From a virus (taxonomy: Duplodnaviria; Caudoviricetes), in IMG/VR virus record IMGVR_UViG_3300048577_000532, positions 1-25,753 of that record: a stretch of DNA of 25,753 nucleotides; one strand, 5' to 3'. Below, piece after piece: positions 16,095 through 25,438 of this stretch (its first letter is position 1; every line of letters begins with the position of its first letter). A program made the position numbers and the translations under genes. Under the pieces are notes generated by a model. It ran no database searches. It was not told the origin of the DNA and saw nothing but the letters and a program-made list of their open reading frames with translations.

Positions 16095-18438
16095 GGGTCA
16101 CCTCCGGGATGACCGCGAGCACGGTCAGCGGCAGGGGCGCGGTCTGCTTGATGCAAATCCGGCCTTCGGTGTCGTAGCCGCCGGGGAAGGGCCGGTCCTT
16201 GTCGCCGGAGAAGAGGTCAACGGCGGCGTCGTAGACCGAGTCCGAACCTAAAGGGATCTGATCCAGCCGGCTTTCGCTGGAACCGATCTGAAACGTCGCG
16301 CTGCGGTCCAGGCGCACGGTCACCCGGGAAATCTTCTTCCGGCGGCCCTGGGCCGTGCCCTCACGCGTTTGCAGCTCCAGGGACAGGGTTTCGAGCACGG
16401 ATTCATACCCGAGGCCCACGTGAACCACCGAAGCGGCAAACGGCAGGGTGATCGCGCCGTCCGCGACCGTGGCCGTGAACACCCGGCCGTCGGCCAGGCC
16501 CGTCACCGCCTCGCCCTCCAGGTGGTCCAGGCCCGAGATCGTGGCCGCGGCCTCGCCGCTGTAGGTCAGGCCGCAGTCCACGAAAAAGGCGTCGGCCACG
16601 TCGTCCGAGGTGAAGCGGTCGGTCAGGCGCTCGACGTACTTGACCGTGGCGCCGTTTATTTCGCGCTGCACCACCATCCAGACCTCATCGTAGCCGTCGC
16701 CGGGAATCGAGGCGATGGCCTCGACCACGCCGCCCACGTCGTGGGTGTGCCAGGCGAAGACCTGGTGCTCGCGCAGGTAGGTGAGCCCCAGCAGCAGGCC
16801 GTCGTCGCGCACGCACCAGACGATGGAGTCCGGGCTCTGCTGGTAGGCCCAGGCGACGATGGTGTGGCCCCGGAACAGATGGTTGGCCAGGATGGACAGG
16901 TTGTTGCCGGCGTAGCCGTCGATTTCCAGGCTGTAGGTCAGGTCCCGGACCTCGTTGTTCGTCCGGGTCAGGTGCAGGACCGAGCTGCCGATGATGATGG
17001 GCTGGATGTGGGACGAGCCGGTGTAGCCCTGCTGCTTGACCAGCACGCTCGACGGGGTCAGGGCCGAGTCGTCGGCCCCGGTCATCTTCCATTCGCCGCC
17101 CATGGTGCCGATGAGCAACTGGCCGATGGGCACCATCCAGCGGATTTCGTTCACCTGCCGGGCCGCGATGGTGAAGCTGATCGCGTCGTCGTCCTTCAGC
17201 GGCGAGGACACGTTCATGTTCTCGTAGGCCCCGGTCTGCGAGCCGTAGATGGTCTGGGGATGGTCGTCGGTCCTGGAGAGGATGAGGCGTTGCTCGAAGA
17301 ACGTGGCGCAGCCCGGATAGTCCGCGACGTAGCCGGCCTGGAGGTAGCGCGAGGCCTTGGCGTCCGGGTCCTCGCTTCCGGCGGTGCGGGCGTAGATCGT
17401 GTCGAAGCCGAGCGAATCGTTGTCGCCGTAGGCCCACTGGCTCGCCGTGAGGCTGCCGAGCGTGCCGGCGGTCATGAGCCCCACGCCGACCTCGAACATG
17501 TCGTCGGGCTCGCCGAGCTCCGGGTCCCCGCCGTCAGCAGCCTCAAGATAGTATTCGCCAGTGCCCGAGGCGGAGGCCGTCCATTGGTAATCGTCCGCGT
17601 CCACGAGGTTGGTGGCGAAGGGGTTGCGGCCCCGGGGCGGGCCGTCCGAGGTGTCGTTGTCGATGCCGTTGTCCACGAACGAGGCCGAGTCCGAGCGGCC
17701 GATGTAGCCGAACGAGCCGGCCTCGTCCGAGCGGTAGATGTAGTAGTAGTCCGCGCCCGACACCGCGTCCCAGCTGACCGCCACGGACAGCGAATCCGTG
17801 AAGTATTCCAGGCTCTTGGTCAGGACGGCATCGGACTCCCGGGGCAGGGATTCCTCGCCCGTCTCCTCGGAAATTGCCGTGACGGCGTAGATGCGCGACA
17901 CGGAATTGCCGGTCGTGTTGTTCTTGCAGGTCACCTCGTCCGGCGGCTCGATGGAGGCGGCGAAGAGGACGACATCGAGGGTCCAGTCGTAGTGCGAGGA
18001 CCGGCCGAGCTTGCGCAGGGCGTAGCCGGGGTGCGTGACGTACATGATGTCCGCGCTCTGCACGAATTTCAGCAGCGACAGGTCGGCCTCGGCGTAGGGC
18101 GTCTCGATCTCCACCGGCCCGCCGGCGGCGGCGTATCCGTCCGGGTAGACCACCTGGCCGCCGTCCTTGAAGACCCGCATGTACCCGCCGCCGAACTCCA
18201 GGACGTAGGCCTGCTCGATGCTGAACTGGAATGGCACCAGGATCACCGTTCCCGCGGCGCTCTTGATCTCGCCGATATACTCAGTCCCCGGCCGGTTCGA
18301 GGCGCCGCCGTGGGCGTGGACGATCATGTTGGAGAGCGTCCGGGCGCCGGCCGCGTACTTCTCCAGGTCCACCCGGCCGTAGAGGGACGGGGAAAGCTCG
18401 CCGCCGGCAAAGGAGAACTGGATGTTGCGGAAAGCCAC
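16084..18438 (-). CDS. Tail tubular protein B / nozzle (T7 gp12, Bbp13-like)
   Basis: N-terminal QFSFAGGELSPSLYGRVDLEKY, LVPFQFS, QSADIMY, YPGCATFFEQRL, and C-terminal QTAPLPLTVLAV. Confidence 0.88.
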   Translation of the reverse strand: MAFRNIQFSFAGGELSPSLYGRVDLEKYAAGARTLSNMIVHAHGGASNRPGTEYIGEIKSAAGTVILVPFQFSIEQAYVLEFGGGYMRVFKDGGQVVYPDGYAAAGGPVEIETPYAEADLSLLKFVQSADIMYVTHPGYALRKLGRSSHYDWTLDVVLFAASIEPPDEVTCKNNTTGNSVSRIYAVTAISEETGEESLPRESDAVLTKSLEYFTDSLSVAVSWDAVSGADYYYIYRSDEAGSFGYIGRSDSASFVDNGIDNDTSDGPPRGRNPFATNLVDADDYQWTASASGTGEYYLEAADGGDPELGEPDDMFEVGVGLMTAGTLGSLTASQWAYGDNDSLGFDTIYARTAGSEDPDAKASRYLQAGYVADYPGCATFFEQRLILSRTDDHPQTIYGSQTGAYENMNVSSPLKDDDAISFTIAARQVNEIRWMVPIGQLLIGTMGGEWKMTGADDSALTPSSVLVKQQGYTGSSHIQPIIIGSSVLHLTRTNNEVRDLTYSLEIDGYAGNNLSILANHLFRGHTIVAWAYQQSPDSIVWCVRDDGLLLGLTYLREHQVFAWHTHDVGGVVEAIASIPGDGYDEVWMVVQREINGATVKYVERLTDRFTSDDVADAFFVDCGLTYSGEAAATISGLDHLEGEAVTGLADGRVFTATVADGAITLPFAASVVHVGLGYESVLETLSLELQTREGTAQGRRKKISRVTVRLDRSATFQIGSSESRLDQIPLGSDSVYDAAVDLFSGDKDRPFPGGYDTEGRICIKQTAPLPLTVLAVIPEVTLGG

Positions 18439-18440
18439 GG

Positions 18441-19034
18441 CTAGCGCCTCGCGCTCACGAAGTCATTGCCGGCCACGGTCCGCTTCCTGCCCTCGACGGC
18501 GTTGCGCTGCCGGGCCTGGACGAGGGTGTTCCGGTACATGGTCAGCATGGCCTGCTGCTTGGAGCTGTCGCCGGTGATGGGCTGGGCCAGGTCGGCGGCC
18601 AGCTTCCAGCTCACGGCCTCCACGAACTCGGCGTCGAACAGGCTCGGGTCCTCGATCCTGGCCACGTAGCGCAAGATAGCGGCCGGCTCGTCGGCGCAGA
18701 GCATCAGGGTCGTGCCTTCGGCGTTCAGCTCGAGGGAGAATTCGACGGCCGGCCCGCTCCGGAAGGATGCGCGCAGGTCGAGCGCCCGGATGCAGTCCGA
18801 GGGCAGGCCGTACATGAAGGCGTGGCCGAAGACCGGCGTCTCGTCGGCCAGGGCCAGCGCCTTTTTGCGGATGGCGAAGTTCCAGGGATAATCGCGTAAA
18901 ACCGCGTCGCGCACCCCGGCGTAGAACAGGGCGCAGTAGCGGGCCGCGGTGCTCTCCTCGTCGAGGGAGGTGATCATGTAGTCGCCCAGGCGGACCAGGG
19001 CCAGGTTGCAGATTTCGGTTTCACTCGTGGCCAC
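18441..19034 (-). CDS. Tail tubular protein A / adaptor (T7 gp11-like)
   Basis: EICNLALVRLG, VLRDYPWNFA, YGLPSDCIR, FDAEFVEAVSWKLAADLA. Expected position after the capsid genes. Confidence 0.88.
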   Translation of the reverse strand: MATSETEICNLALVRLGDYMITSLDEESTAARYCALFYAGVRDAVLRDYPWNFAIRKKALALADETPVFGHAFMYGLPSDCIRALDLRASFRSGPAVEFSLELNAEGTTLMLCADEPAAILRYVARIEDPSLFDAEFVEAVSWKLAADLAQPITGDSSKQQAMLTMYRNTLVQARQRNAVEGRKRTVAGNDFVSARR

Positions 19035-19053
19035 GCTTCATGCTCCCGGGAAT

Positions 19054-19081
19054 GCGCCCCAGGCCGTTTCACCCGGGGCGC
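19054..19081 (-). terminator. GC-rich stem-loop after capsid/cement genes (attenuator or mRNA-stabilising hairpin)
   Basis: Minus strand GCGCCCCGGG-TGAAACGG-CCTGGGGCGC, a 10-bp stem with one G-U pair. No U-tract follows. Confidence 0.45.
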
Positions 19082-19087
19082 GCCCCC

Positions 19088-19489
19088 TTACTCGTTGGTA
19101 TCCACTTCCGGGGTGATGAAGGCGTCGAAGGCCCCGGCCGTGAGCGCGGCGGTGGCGATGGTGTAGGTCACCCGCAGGTAGCGCTTGAGCCCGCGCGGCA
19201 GCCGGGTGCGGCAGACCCAGGTCCCGGCGGCCAGGTCGGCCACGTCCAGCGCTCCGGAGTCGTACAGCGTCTCGGCCGTGCCGAACTCCGCATCGCTGTC
19301 GGTCTCCAGCTTGAACTGCACCGTGGCCGCGCCGGCCGAGGCCGCGGCCGTGGCCACCAGGATGCACAGGAAGGGCGCGATATGCGCGTCGCCGGCCGCG
19401 CCCAGGTCAACCACGTTGGTCGAGGCGTGCTCGGCCACGGTCGTCTCGGCCTGGCCGTCGGAAAACATCAGCTCGTTGTCGATGATCAT
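19088..19489 (-). CDS. Capsid cement/decoration protein (Bbp16-like)
   Basis: The true start is MIIDNELMFSDGQ at 19489 with an AAAGGAG RBS (the ORF track over-extends to 19855). STNVVDLG and KRYLRVTYTI motifs. 133 aa, directly after the major capsid gene. Confidence 0.88.
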   Translation of the reverse strand: MIIDNELMFSDGQAETTVAEHASTNVVDLGAAGDAHIAPFLCILVATAAASAGAATVQFKLETDSDAEFGTAETLYDSGALDVADLAAGTWVCRTRLPRGLKRYLRVTYTIATAALTAGAFDAFITPEVDTNE

Positions 19490-19515
19490 CTCGGTTTCTC
19501 CTTTCGGTCCCGGCC

Positions 19516-20523
19516 TTAGGCCACGGCCGCCTCGTTGTTCAGGATGGCGTCGCAGCGGCGGATGGGGATGTTCCAGAACATGGTGATGGGCCTGCCCGCC
19601 CACTCGCCGATGGTCAGGTTGACGTTCTTCTTGTTCATGGCCCGCTTGGTCAGCGCCGTGGCCACCTGGCGGTTGCAGTAGAAGGCCGACCGGCCCAGGC
19701 CCAGGTTCGGGATGCGGTTCACGGCGTCGATCATGTAGAGCTCCAGCGCCGCCGAGCTGTCGTCCTCCGCGCCGGCCGTGGCCAGGTCGGAGACGTCGAT
19801 GTTGCAGATGCGCGCGACGTAGCGCCAGTCGCGCACGGTCAGGCCGCAGTCCCACTTGTAATGGGTCCGGTAGCCCTGGTACTTGCCGCCGTCCTCGTCG
19901 AAGAGCGTCACCTCGCCCAGGTCCTCGTGCTGCAGGCCGGCCTTGGAGCCCTTGGGGTAGATGCCGTGGACCGTGTTCAGGCCCCAGTTCACGAGCCAGA
20001 CCGAGGTGTTGTCCGCGCCCGCGCCGCCGGCGCCGATCACGTTGTAGGTGGACACGTCCTTGTCCGTGCCGGTGGCGTTGTAGCGGGGCGCCAGGCCGTT
20101 GAACTTCTCCGGGTCGGCGTCGGTGTCGCCGTAGAACAGGGTCGCGGCCATCTCCTGGTTCATGGCCTCCAGGAAGGCCCGGTCCTCGCTCAGGCGGAAG
20201 GCCGCGGTGTTGCCGTTCAGGTCGGCCAGCGCCTTGTCCACCTCGGCGTAGGCTTCCAGCATGCCGCAGGAGTCGGTGACCTGTTTGGTCTTGGACTTGC
20301 CGCCCTGCACGCCGTAGTTCAGCTTGCGCCAGGTGGCCGAGGGCAGGCCGGTGCGCACCGTGGTCTTGTGCCCGGTGGGCAGGTTGCCCTCGACAAAGGT
20401 CATGTCGGACAGGATTTCGTTGGTCTCGGCCAGGAGCTCCACGATGACCGCGATGCGGTCATTGGGGTCCAGGCGCCGGGCCAAGTCCAGCAGGGTCGGG
20501 TTGGTTTCGCCGATGGTGGCCAT
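19516..20523 (-). CDS. Major capsid protein (BPP-1 Bbp17-like)
   Basis: 335 aa with PTLLDLARRLDP, EGNLPTGHKTTVRTGLP, WRKLNYGV, HYKWDCGLTVRDWRYVARICNID. AGGAG RBS present. Confidence 0.92.
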   Translation of the reverse strand: MATIGETNPTLLDLARRLDPNDRIAVIVELLAETNEILSDMTFVEGNLPTGHKTTVRTGLPSATWRKLNYGVQGGKSKTKQVTDSCGMLEAYAEVDKALADLNGNTAAFRLSEDRAFLEAMNQEMAATLFYGDTDADPEKFNGLAPRYNATGTDKDVSTYNVIGAGGAGADNTSVWLVNWGLNTVHGIYPKGSKAGLQHEDLGEVTLFDEDGGKYQGYRTHYKWDCGLTVRDWRYVARICNIDVSDLATAGAEDDSSAALELYMIDAVNRIPNLGLGRSAFYCNRQVATALTKRAMNKKNVNLTIGEWAGRPITMFWNIPIRRCDAILNNEAAVA

Positions 20524-20535
20524 CTTCGTTCACTC

Positions 20536-21207
20536 CTATTTCAGGTCGGGATAGAGGGTTTTCGCCGGATCGCGGGCGCCGGTGTCGCCGGGCTGCGCGC
20601 CTTCCATGCCGGGCTCGGCCATGGCCTTGCCCACGCGCCAGAAGTACTTGACCACCTCGGGATGCGAGCCCAGGCCGGTCTGGTTCAAAAGCTCGGTCAG
20701 CCCCGGCGCGCTGAACTTCTGCACCGCCTTCAGGGCCACCTTGACGTTGGCCTCGAAGCTGCCGCCTCCGAACTCGCCGTCGTCCTTGAGCGCCGCGATC
20801 CACGTCTCCTGATTGCGGGCGTAGGTCGCCTCGCGCAGCCCGGCCGCCGTGGCGTTCAGCCCTTCCGCGCTCTTGCCGTAGGCGGTCACCAGCTCCTGGA
20901 GCGCGGTGTTGGCCACCCCGTGCCTCGCGGCCCAGGCCTTGACCTCGCCCAGGGTCGCGGCGTTGGCCTCGCGCAGCTCCTTGGGCAGGGACTCGGCCGT
21001 GAACACCTCGGGAACCTCGAGGGTGTAGTCATCGGGTTTTTCCGGGGCCTTCTCCGGCTCCTTGGCCGGTTCCTTGCCGGGCTCCTGCGCCGCTCCCGCG
21101 CCCTCCTGGGGGCCGGGCTTGCCGGCGGGCGTGGACTCCTGCGCCGCGGGCTCGGGGTTGGGTGCGCCGGCCGCGTCCGCGCCGGGCGTCACAAGGTTTT
21201 CGCTCAT
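20536..21207 (-). CDS. Capsid scaffolding protein
   Basis: Pro/Glu/Lys low-complexity N-terminus, LLNQTGLGSHPEVVKYFWRVGKAMAE, C-terminal AKTLYP. Immediately upstream of the capsid gene. Confidence 0.8.
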   Translation of the reverse strand: MSENLVTPGADAAGAPNPEPAAQESTPAGKPGPQEGAGAAQEPGKEPAKEPEKAPEKPDDYTLEVPEVFTAESLPKELREANAATLGEVKAWAARHGVANTALQELVTAYGKSAEGLNATAAGLREATYARNQETWIAALKDDGEFGGGSFEANVKVALKAVQKFSAPGLTELLNQTGLGSHPEVVKYFWRVGKAMAEPGMEGAQPGDTGARDPAKTLYPDLK

Positions 21208-21512
21208 GGTTCTTCCTCCGTGAGAAGTTGTTGCAGCCGCTCCGGGCAGGCGGCCAGGATGTCCGTGAAGATCTGATTGGCCATGGACTGCCGGCCTTCG
21301 AGAAAGCTGGCCTCGCCGAAGTTGTTGCCCCGGAAGGTCGGCTCGTTGAACCGCCCAAGGGCCAGGAAGCGCCGGAAGAACCGCAGTCCCTCGGGCGTGG
21401 CCGCGATCCGGGCCACGTCGTCCAGGGCCTGCGCCCGCGCCTTCCGGGCCGCCTCGGTCTGGTTCAAACGCCGCTCGCGCTCGTCCGCGTAGAGCCCGTC
21501 GTTTGCGTTCAC
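21204..21512 (-). CDS. Conserved phage head-region protein (Bbp19-like)
   Basis: 102 aa with ATPEGLRFFRRFL...SFLEGRQSMA. Lies between portal and scaffold with 4-nt overlaps on both sides. Confidence 0.75.
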   Translation of the reverse strand: MNANDGLYADERERRLNQTEAARKARAQALDDVARIAATPEGLRFFRRFLALGRFNEPTFRGNNFGEASFLEGRQSMANQIFTDILAACPERLQQLLTEEEP

Positions 21513-23227
21513 TGCGTCACCCCCTTCAAAAGCTCATCCATGGCGCTGTTCTGGCCCACCTTTGTTTCCGAGAGCGTCTTGCCCATGCCCACGGCCCGCT
21601 CCAGCTGTTCCGCCTGGGCCGCCTGCCGTTGCTGCTCGGCCCGATTCTTACGCAGCTTCTCCACGCGCTCCTTGTTGCGCAGCACGGCCGGCGGCGTGCC
21701 CACCATGTCCGCGTATTCGGTGCACAAAGCGTCGGTATCCAGGTTGTCCAGGGCGTCCGGCTGCTGAGCCAGCGCGGCTTGCGTCTGGGCCACCTGGCCG
21801 ATGAACGATGACACCTGCTGCAAGGCGGTCACCCCGGTCATCTTCTGGGCCTGGGCCAGCATGGAGACGTATTCGACCTTCAGGTCCTGGTTGAAGAGCT
21901 CGTCCGGCGGCCGGGGGAAGAACCCCCGCCGGTCCAGGATGGCGAAGACCCGGTCGATGAGCGGGTCGAGCAGTTCGTTTTGCAGGCGCTCGAGCACCGG
22001 CCCGAGCTGTTGCAGCTTCTCCTGCTGGCGCTCGGTGATCTCCGTGGCCGTGATCTGCCGGCCCTGGGCGCCGAGCGCGTCCAGCATGCGGAACAGGTCG
22101 TTTTTGAGCCCCCGCTCGATGCGTTGCTCAATCTTCTCGATCTTGTATTCGACCTGCTGCACGTTCAGATTGACGTTGATGATCGGCTTCAAGGCCTCGC
22201 CCTGGGCCGCGTCCACGTAGTTCACGTCGCCCGGGATGAGCGAGATGCCGGCCGCGGCCATGGACGACGGCGCGGCCAGGGGCGGGTCGATCTGCTTGTC
22301 CAAGGCCTTGAGCGCCTTGGTTTCCATGGCCTGGAGCATCTTCGCGTCCCCGAGCACGTGCATGCCCGGCGAGTAGCCGTAGACGTCGGACCCGGTCACA
22401 CTCCAGCGCGGGCACATGGCCGGGAACTCGTAGAACCCGCTCTCCTCCAGAAGGTGCCCGCCCTCGCCCCCGGGGCCGCCCTCGTAGTAGACCGAGGCGA
22501 AGCGGCGGCGTTTGGGGTTGAAGGCCTCCGGGTCGTAGGCTTCGCGCGGGTAGACGCAGTGGACCACGTCCACCCATTCGTCGCCGGCCTGGGCTTCAAC
22601 CTTGGACCGCGTGGCCTGGGACACCGCGTCCTTCCCGAAGCGCTCCACGAGCTGCAAGGCGGTCATGCGGAACTGACGAAAGAGGGCGTTGACCCGGCCG
22701 TTCATCCCGTTGGCCAGGAAGTATTCCCCGATGGTCAGGGTGCGAAAGCGCACCAGCGTCTCGTCGTCCTCCTCGACGAAAAGCACGCCCGTGCCGAAGG
22801 CCCCCAGCTCCAGGTAGAGCGTGTGGATCGCGTCGTAGAAGTTGGAGCGGCCGAGCACGGTCAACAGCCCGCGCTGGGCGAGATGCAGCCAGGTCTTGAC
22901 CGGCCCGTACTCGGCGAGCTGCTGGTCCGAGAGCCCGAGCTTGAACCAGGGCCGCGAGGGCGAGGTCAGCCCGCCCTGCATGCCCGAGGCCAGGGTGTCC
23001 AGCGCGTCCGGGGCCGTGGAGTTGATGATCTTGTCGTTCTTCTTGCTGCCCCAATTGGTGCGGTCGCCCTTGTCCAGGAACCGGCTGCGCCGGGGTTGCA
23101 GGTAGTCGGCCAGGTCCTGCCAATGGTCCTCCCAGGACTGGCGCTCGCGCCGCAGGCTCTGCAACCGCCTGGCGCATTTGCGGACCGCATTCGACTGCAC
23201 CGCGTTCACCGTGGCGTCCATGGTCAT
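21509..23227 (-). CDS. Portal protein (head-to-tail connector, T7 gp8/Bbp21-like)
   Basis: 572 aa with LASGMQGGLTSPSRPWFKL, YGYSPGMHVLGDAKMLQ, ITATEITERQQEKLQQLGPVLERLQNELLDPLIDRVF. Confidence 0.93.
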   Translation of the reverse strand: MTMDATVNAVQSNAVRKCARRLQSLRRERQSWEDHWQDLADYLQPRRSRFLDKGDRTNWGSKKNDKIINSTAPDALDTLASGMQGGLTSPSRPWFKLGLSDQQLAEYGPVKTWLHLAQRGLLTVLGRSNFYDAIHTLYLELGAFGTGVLFVEEDDETLVRFRTLTIGEYFLANGMNGRVNALFRQFRMTALQLVERFGKDAVSQATRSKVEAQAGDEWVDVVHCVYPREAYDPEAFNPKRRRFASVYYEGGPGGEGGHLLEESGFYEFPAMCPRWSVTGSDVYGYSPGMHVLGDAKMLQAMETKALKALDKQIDPPLAAPSSMAAAGISLIPGDVNYVDAAQGEALKPIINVNLNVQQVEYKIEKIEQRIERGLKNDLFRMLDALGAQGRQITATEITERQQEKLQQLGPVLERLQNELLDPLIDRVFAILDRRGFFPRPPDELFNQDLKVEYVSMLAQAQKMTGVTALQQVSSFIGQVAQTQAALAQQPDALDNLDTDALCTEYADMVGTPPAVLRNKERVEKLRKNRAEQQRQAAQAEQLERAVGMGKTLSETKVGQNSAMDELLKGVTQ

Positions 23228-23243
23228 GTCCGGCCTCGCCCGC

Positions 23244-23444
23244 TCAAGCCTGGCCCAACAGCGTGTGCTTGCTGGTCGCGGCCGTGCTCGTGTCGCCCTT
23301 GCCGCTGGTCAGGACGGTCTTGTTGCGCGTGCTGGCCAGCGCCGCCTGCTTGCGCTCCTTGTCCGCGGCCTTCTTGGCCTCGGTGTCGGGCTCCTCGATG
23401 TCCGGATACTGGATCGAGCCGGAACTAACCCCTCCGAATCCCAT
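23244..23444 (-). CDS. Small pre-portal virion protein
   Basis: 66 aa, GAGGAG RBS, TVLTSGKGD...KHTLLG C-terminus typical of the small gene before the portal in these podoviruses. Confidence 0.7.
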   Translation of the reverse strand: MGFGGVSSGSIQYPDIEEPDTEAKKAADKERKQAALASTRNKTVLTSGKGDTSTAATSKHTLLGQA

Positions 23445-23456
23445 GGCTTTTTCTCC

Positions 23457-24989
23457 TCACAGCACCTTGTAGTCGGTCTTCGCCTTGTGCCTGGCCGAGC
23501 CCACCACATGCTCCCGGTACACGGGCTCGGCGAAGGTCAGGACCATTGCGTCTCCGCCGTCCGGACTGGCCAGCCCCCGGGCGCGGATGTCGTCCTTGCT
23601 CTCCAGCTGCAACCGGGTGCGGCTGTCGTACTTGAAGCCCGGCGCCACGAGGTCCGCGTGCAGGGCGTCGTCGTCCGGGATTGAGGCCGGCGCGTCGTCG
23701 CACGCCAGCCAGGCCCGGCAGCGGTCCCACATCTCGGCCCGGCGGTTTACGTACTTCTGCGGCTCGCTCGCCGCCGCGCCGAAGTTCACCACCCGCACCC
23801 GGCCGCCGAAGCCGCGCTCGATGAGCATGGAGGCCAGCTCGTGCCCGCCCCCGCCGAAGTCGATGAACAGCATGTCGATGCGCGGCACGCCGGCCTCCAG
23901 CTTGCGCGTCAGGAACCCCAGCTTCTCGGCGAAGCCCATGCGGTGGTACTCGAGCCCGAACAGGGTGAGCCCCTGGCGGTAGACGAAGGCGTCCCGGTCC
24001 CCGGCGTCCTCGATCTGCGCCGGGTCGAAGCCGGCCACCACGGCCCCGTAGCTGCGCCCCGGGGTCGCCTTGCGCGCCCGCAGGACCAGCTCGGGCTTGA
24101 TGAAGCTGTTGGTCCCGGTCACCTGGAAGGCCTCGGCCGGGTTGGCCGGGTACTCCTGCTTGAAGAGCAGGTCGCCGAGCTCCCGCACCTTCTCCCGACG
24201 CCAGGCCATCTGCTCCGGGGTCAGCCCGTAGGCCGCCTGGTACGCGGCCTCCTCATCGCTCAAGGTGAAGTCTTCCAGCACGGGCGCGGCATACTCGTCC
24301 TGCCAGTACCAGGGCACGAAAATCGCCTGAAAGGCATCCTCGCCGCGCTCGGCCTGCTGCCACTTGCGGTGGTAGAAGTTCCCCATCCCGTTGGCCGTGG
24401 ACTCGAGGATGATCTCCGTGCCGGGCTCGCTCGGGATGGCCTGCATCACCCCCGCGGCGTGCTTCTCGGCGTTGGGCCAGAAGGCGACCTCGCTTCCGTG
24501 GAAGAGCTGCACGGTGCTCGACCGCCCCACGTCCTGCGAGCCGGCCGTGCCCACGCGGTAGCCGCTGTCCAGGGCGCTGAAGATCAGCTCCTTGCGGTTC
24601 GAGGTGCCCACGCTGGGTTTGAGCTCCGGGAGGTTGTGCTCGTGAAACCGTTGGACCATCTCGAACAGGTTCTGCGTCGCGTCGTTGCCGTGGGTCAGGA
24701 TGAACGTGCGGATGCCCCGTCCGTGCGTGGTCCGGTGGTAGAACCGCCCGCCCACGTACGTGCTGCACCCCTGCTGCCGGCCCTTCAGGATCAGGGCACG
24801 CACCATGCCGGTCTGCGTCTTCTGCTCTTCCAGGCGGCCGTGCAGGTAGCGCTGGGCGGCGTTCAGGGTCAGCGGCACGATGGCCCCGGACTTGGAGCGG
24901 ATGCGCAGCGCCGCCTGCGCGTAGTAGGGAAAGTCACGCATGAGCCGCAGGCGCAGCGCGCGCTCGGCGTCAGCGGTCATCGCCAGCAT
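23457..24989 (-). CDS. terL: Terminase large subunit
   Basis: Walker A LILKGRQQGCST, Walker B LFHGSEVAFW, coupling motif ILESTANG, nuclease GFDPA and SPDGGDAMVLTF. Start uncertain (24989, 24980 or 25010). Confidence 0.93.
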   Translation of the reverse strand: MLAMTADAERALRLRLMRDFPYYAQAALRIRSKSGAIVPLTLNAAQRYLHGRLEEQKTQTGMVRALILKGRQQGCSTYVGGRFYHRTTHGRGIRTFILTHGNDATQNLFEMVQRFHEHNLPELKPSVGTSNRKELIFSALDSGYRVGTAGSQDVGRSSTVQLFHGSEVAFWPNAEKHAAGVMQAIPSEPGTEIILESTANGMGNFYHRKWQQAERGEDAFQAIFVPWYWQDEYAAPVLEDFTLSDEEAAYQAAYGLTPEQMAWRREKVRELGDLLFKQEYPANPAEAFQVTGTNSFIKPELVLRARKATPGRSYGAVVAGFDPAQIEDAGDRDAFVYRQGLTLFGLEYHRMGFAEKLGFLTRKLEAGVPRIDMLFIDFGGGGHELASMLIERGFGGRVRVVNFGAAASEPQKYVNRRAEMWDRCRAWLACDDAPASIPDDDALHADLVAPGFKYDSRTRLQLESKDDIRARGLASPDGGDAMVLTFAEPVYREHVVGSARHKAKTDYKVL

Positions 24990-25434
24990 CGCCGTCCCGC
25001 CCCGCTGCAACCTGTTCCGTGAGCAGCCGGACCCACACGTCGTGGCTCGTGCTCCCGCTCAGTTCCACGTCCACGTGGTCCCCGTACTTCTTGGGGTCGT
25101 ATTTCGCCGCCAGCCATTTGCGGGTATCGACCTGAAGCCGGGCCTTCTGCGGGTCCCTGGTCTTGTCCGCGATGTCCTTCATTTCTCCGGCGAGATACCC
25201 GGCTTGAAGTTTGTGAGCGAACGTGTACATGGCCCGAAATTCTTCGTTCTCCGGCATGCAAAGCCACTTGGCGACGGTGCTGTAGTCCAGCCGGAGAGCC
25301 TTGCAGACGGACACCAAAGACTTGCCGCACGCGATGCGGTTGCAGATGCTCTCCGCAAGCTCCGGACTGTAAAGCGTCGGCCGGCCTGGCTTCCTGGCCC
25401 TCTTGACGCTTTGCTTTCCCGTCGCCTTCGCCAC
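24970..25434 (-). CDS. terS: Terminase small subunit (Sf6-like)
   Basis: GRPTLYSPELAESICNRIACGKSLVSVC HTH-like N-terminus and RLQVDTRKWLAAKYDPKKYGD. Overlaps terL. Confidence 0.88.
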   Translation of the reverse strand: MAKATGKQSVKRARKPGRPTLYSPELAESICNRIACGKSLVSVCKALRLDYSTVAKWLCMPENEEFRAMYTFAHKLQAGYLAGEMKDIADKTRDPQKARLQVDTRKWLAAKYDPKKYGDHVDVELSGSTSHDVWVRLLTEQVAAGRDGDAGDDR

Positions 25435-25438
25435 GGCC

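Noticed and set aside
19490-19855. N-terminal extension of the 255-aa ORF 19088-19855, as a possible capsid-cement frameshift fusion
   Set aside because: It overlaps the capsid gene out of frame, the cement gene has its own strong RBS and ATG at 19489, and no slippery site was noticed.
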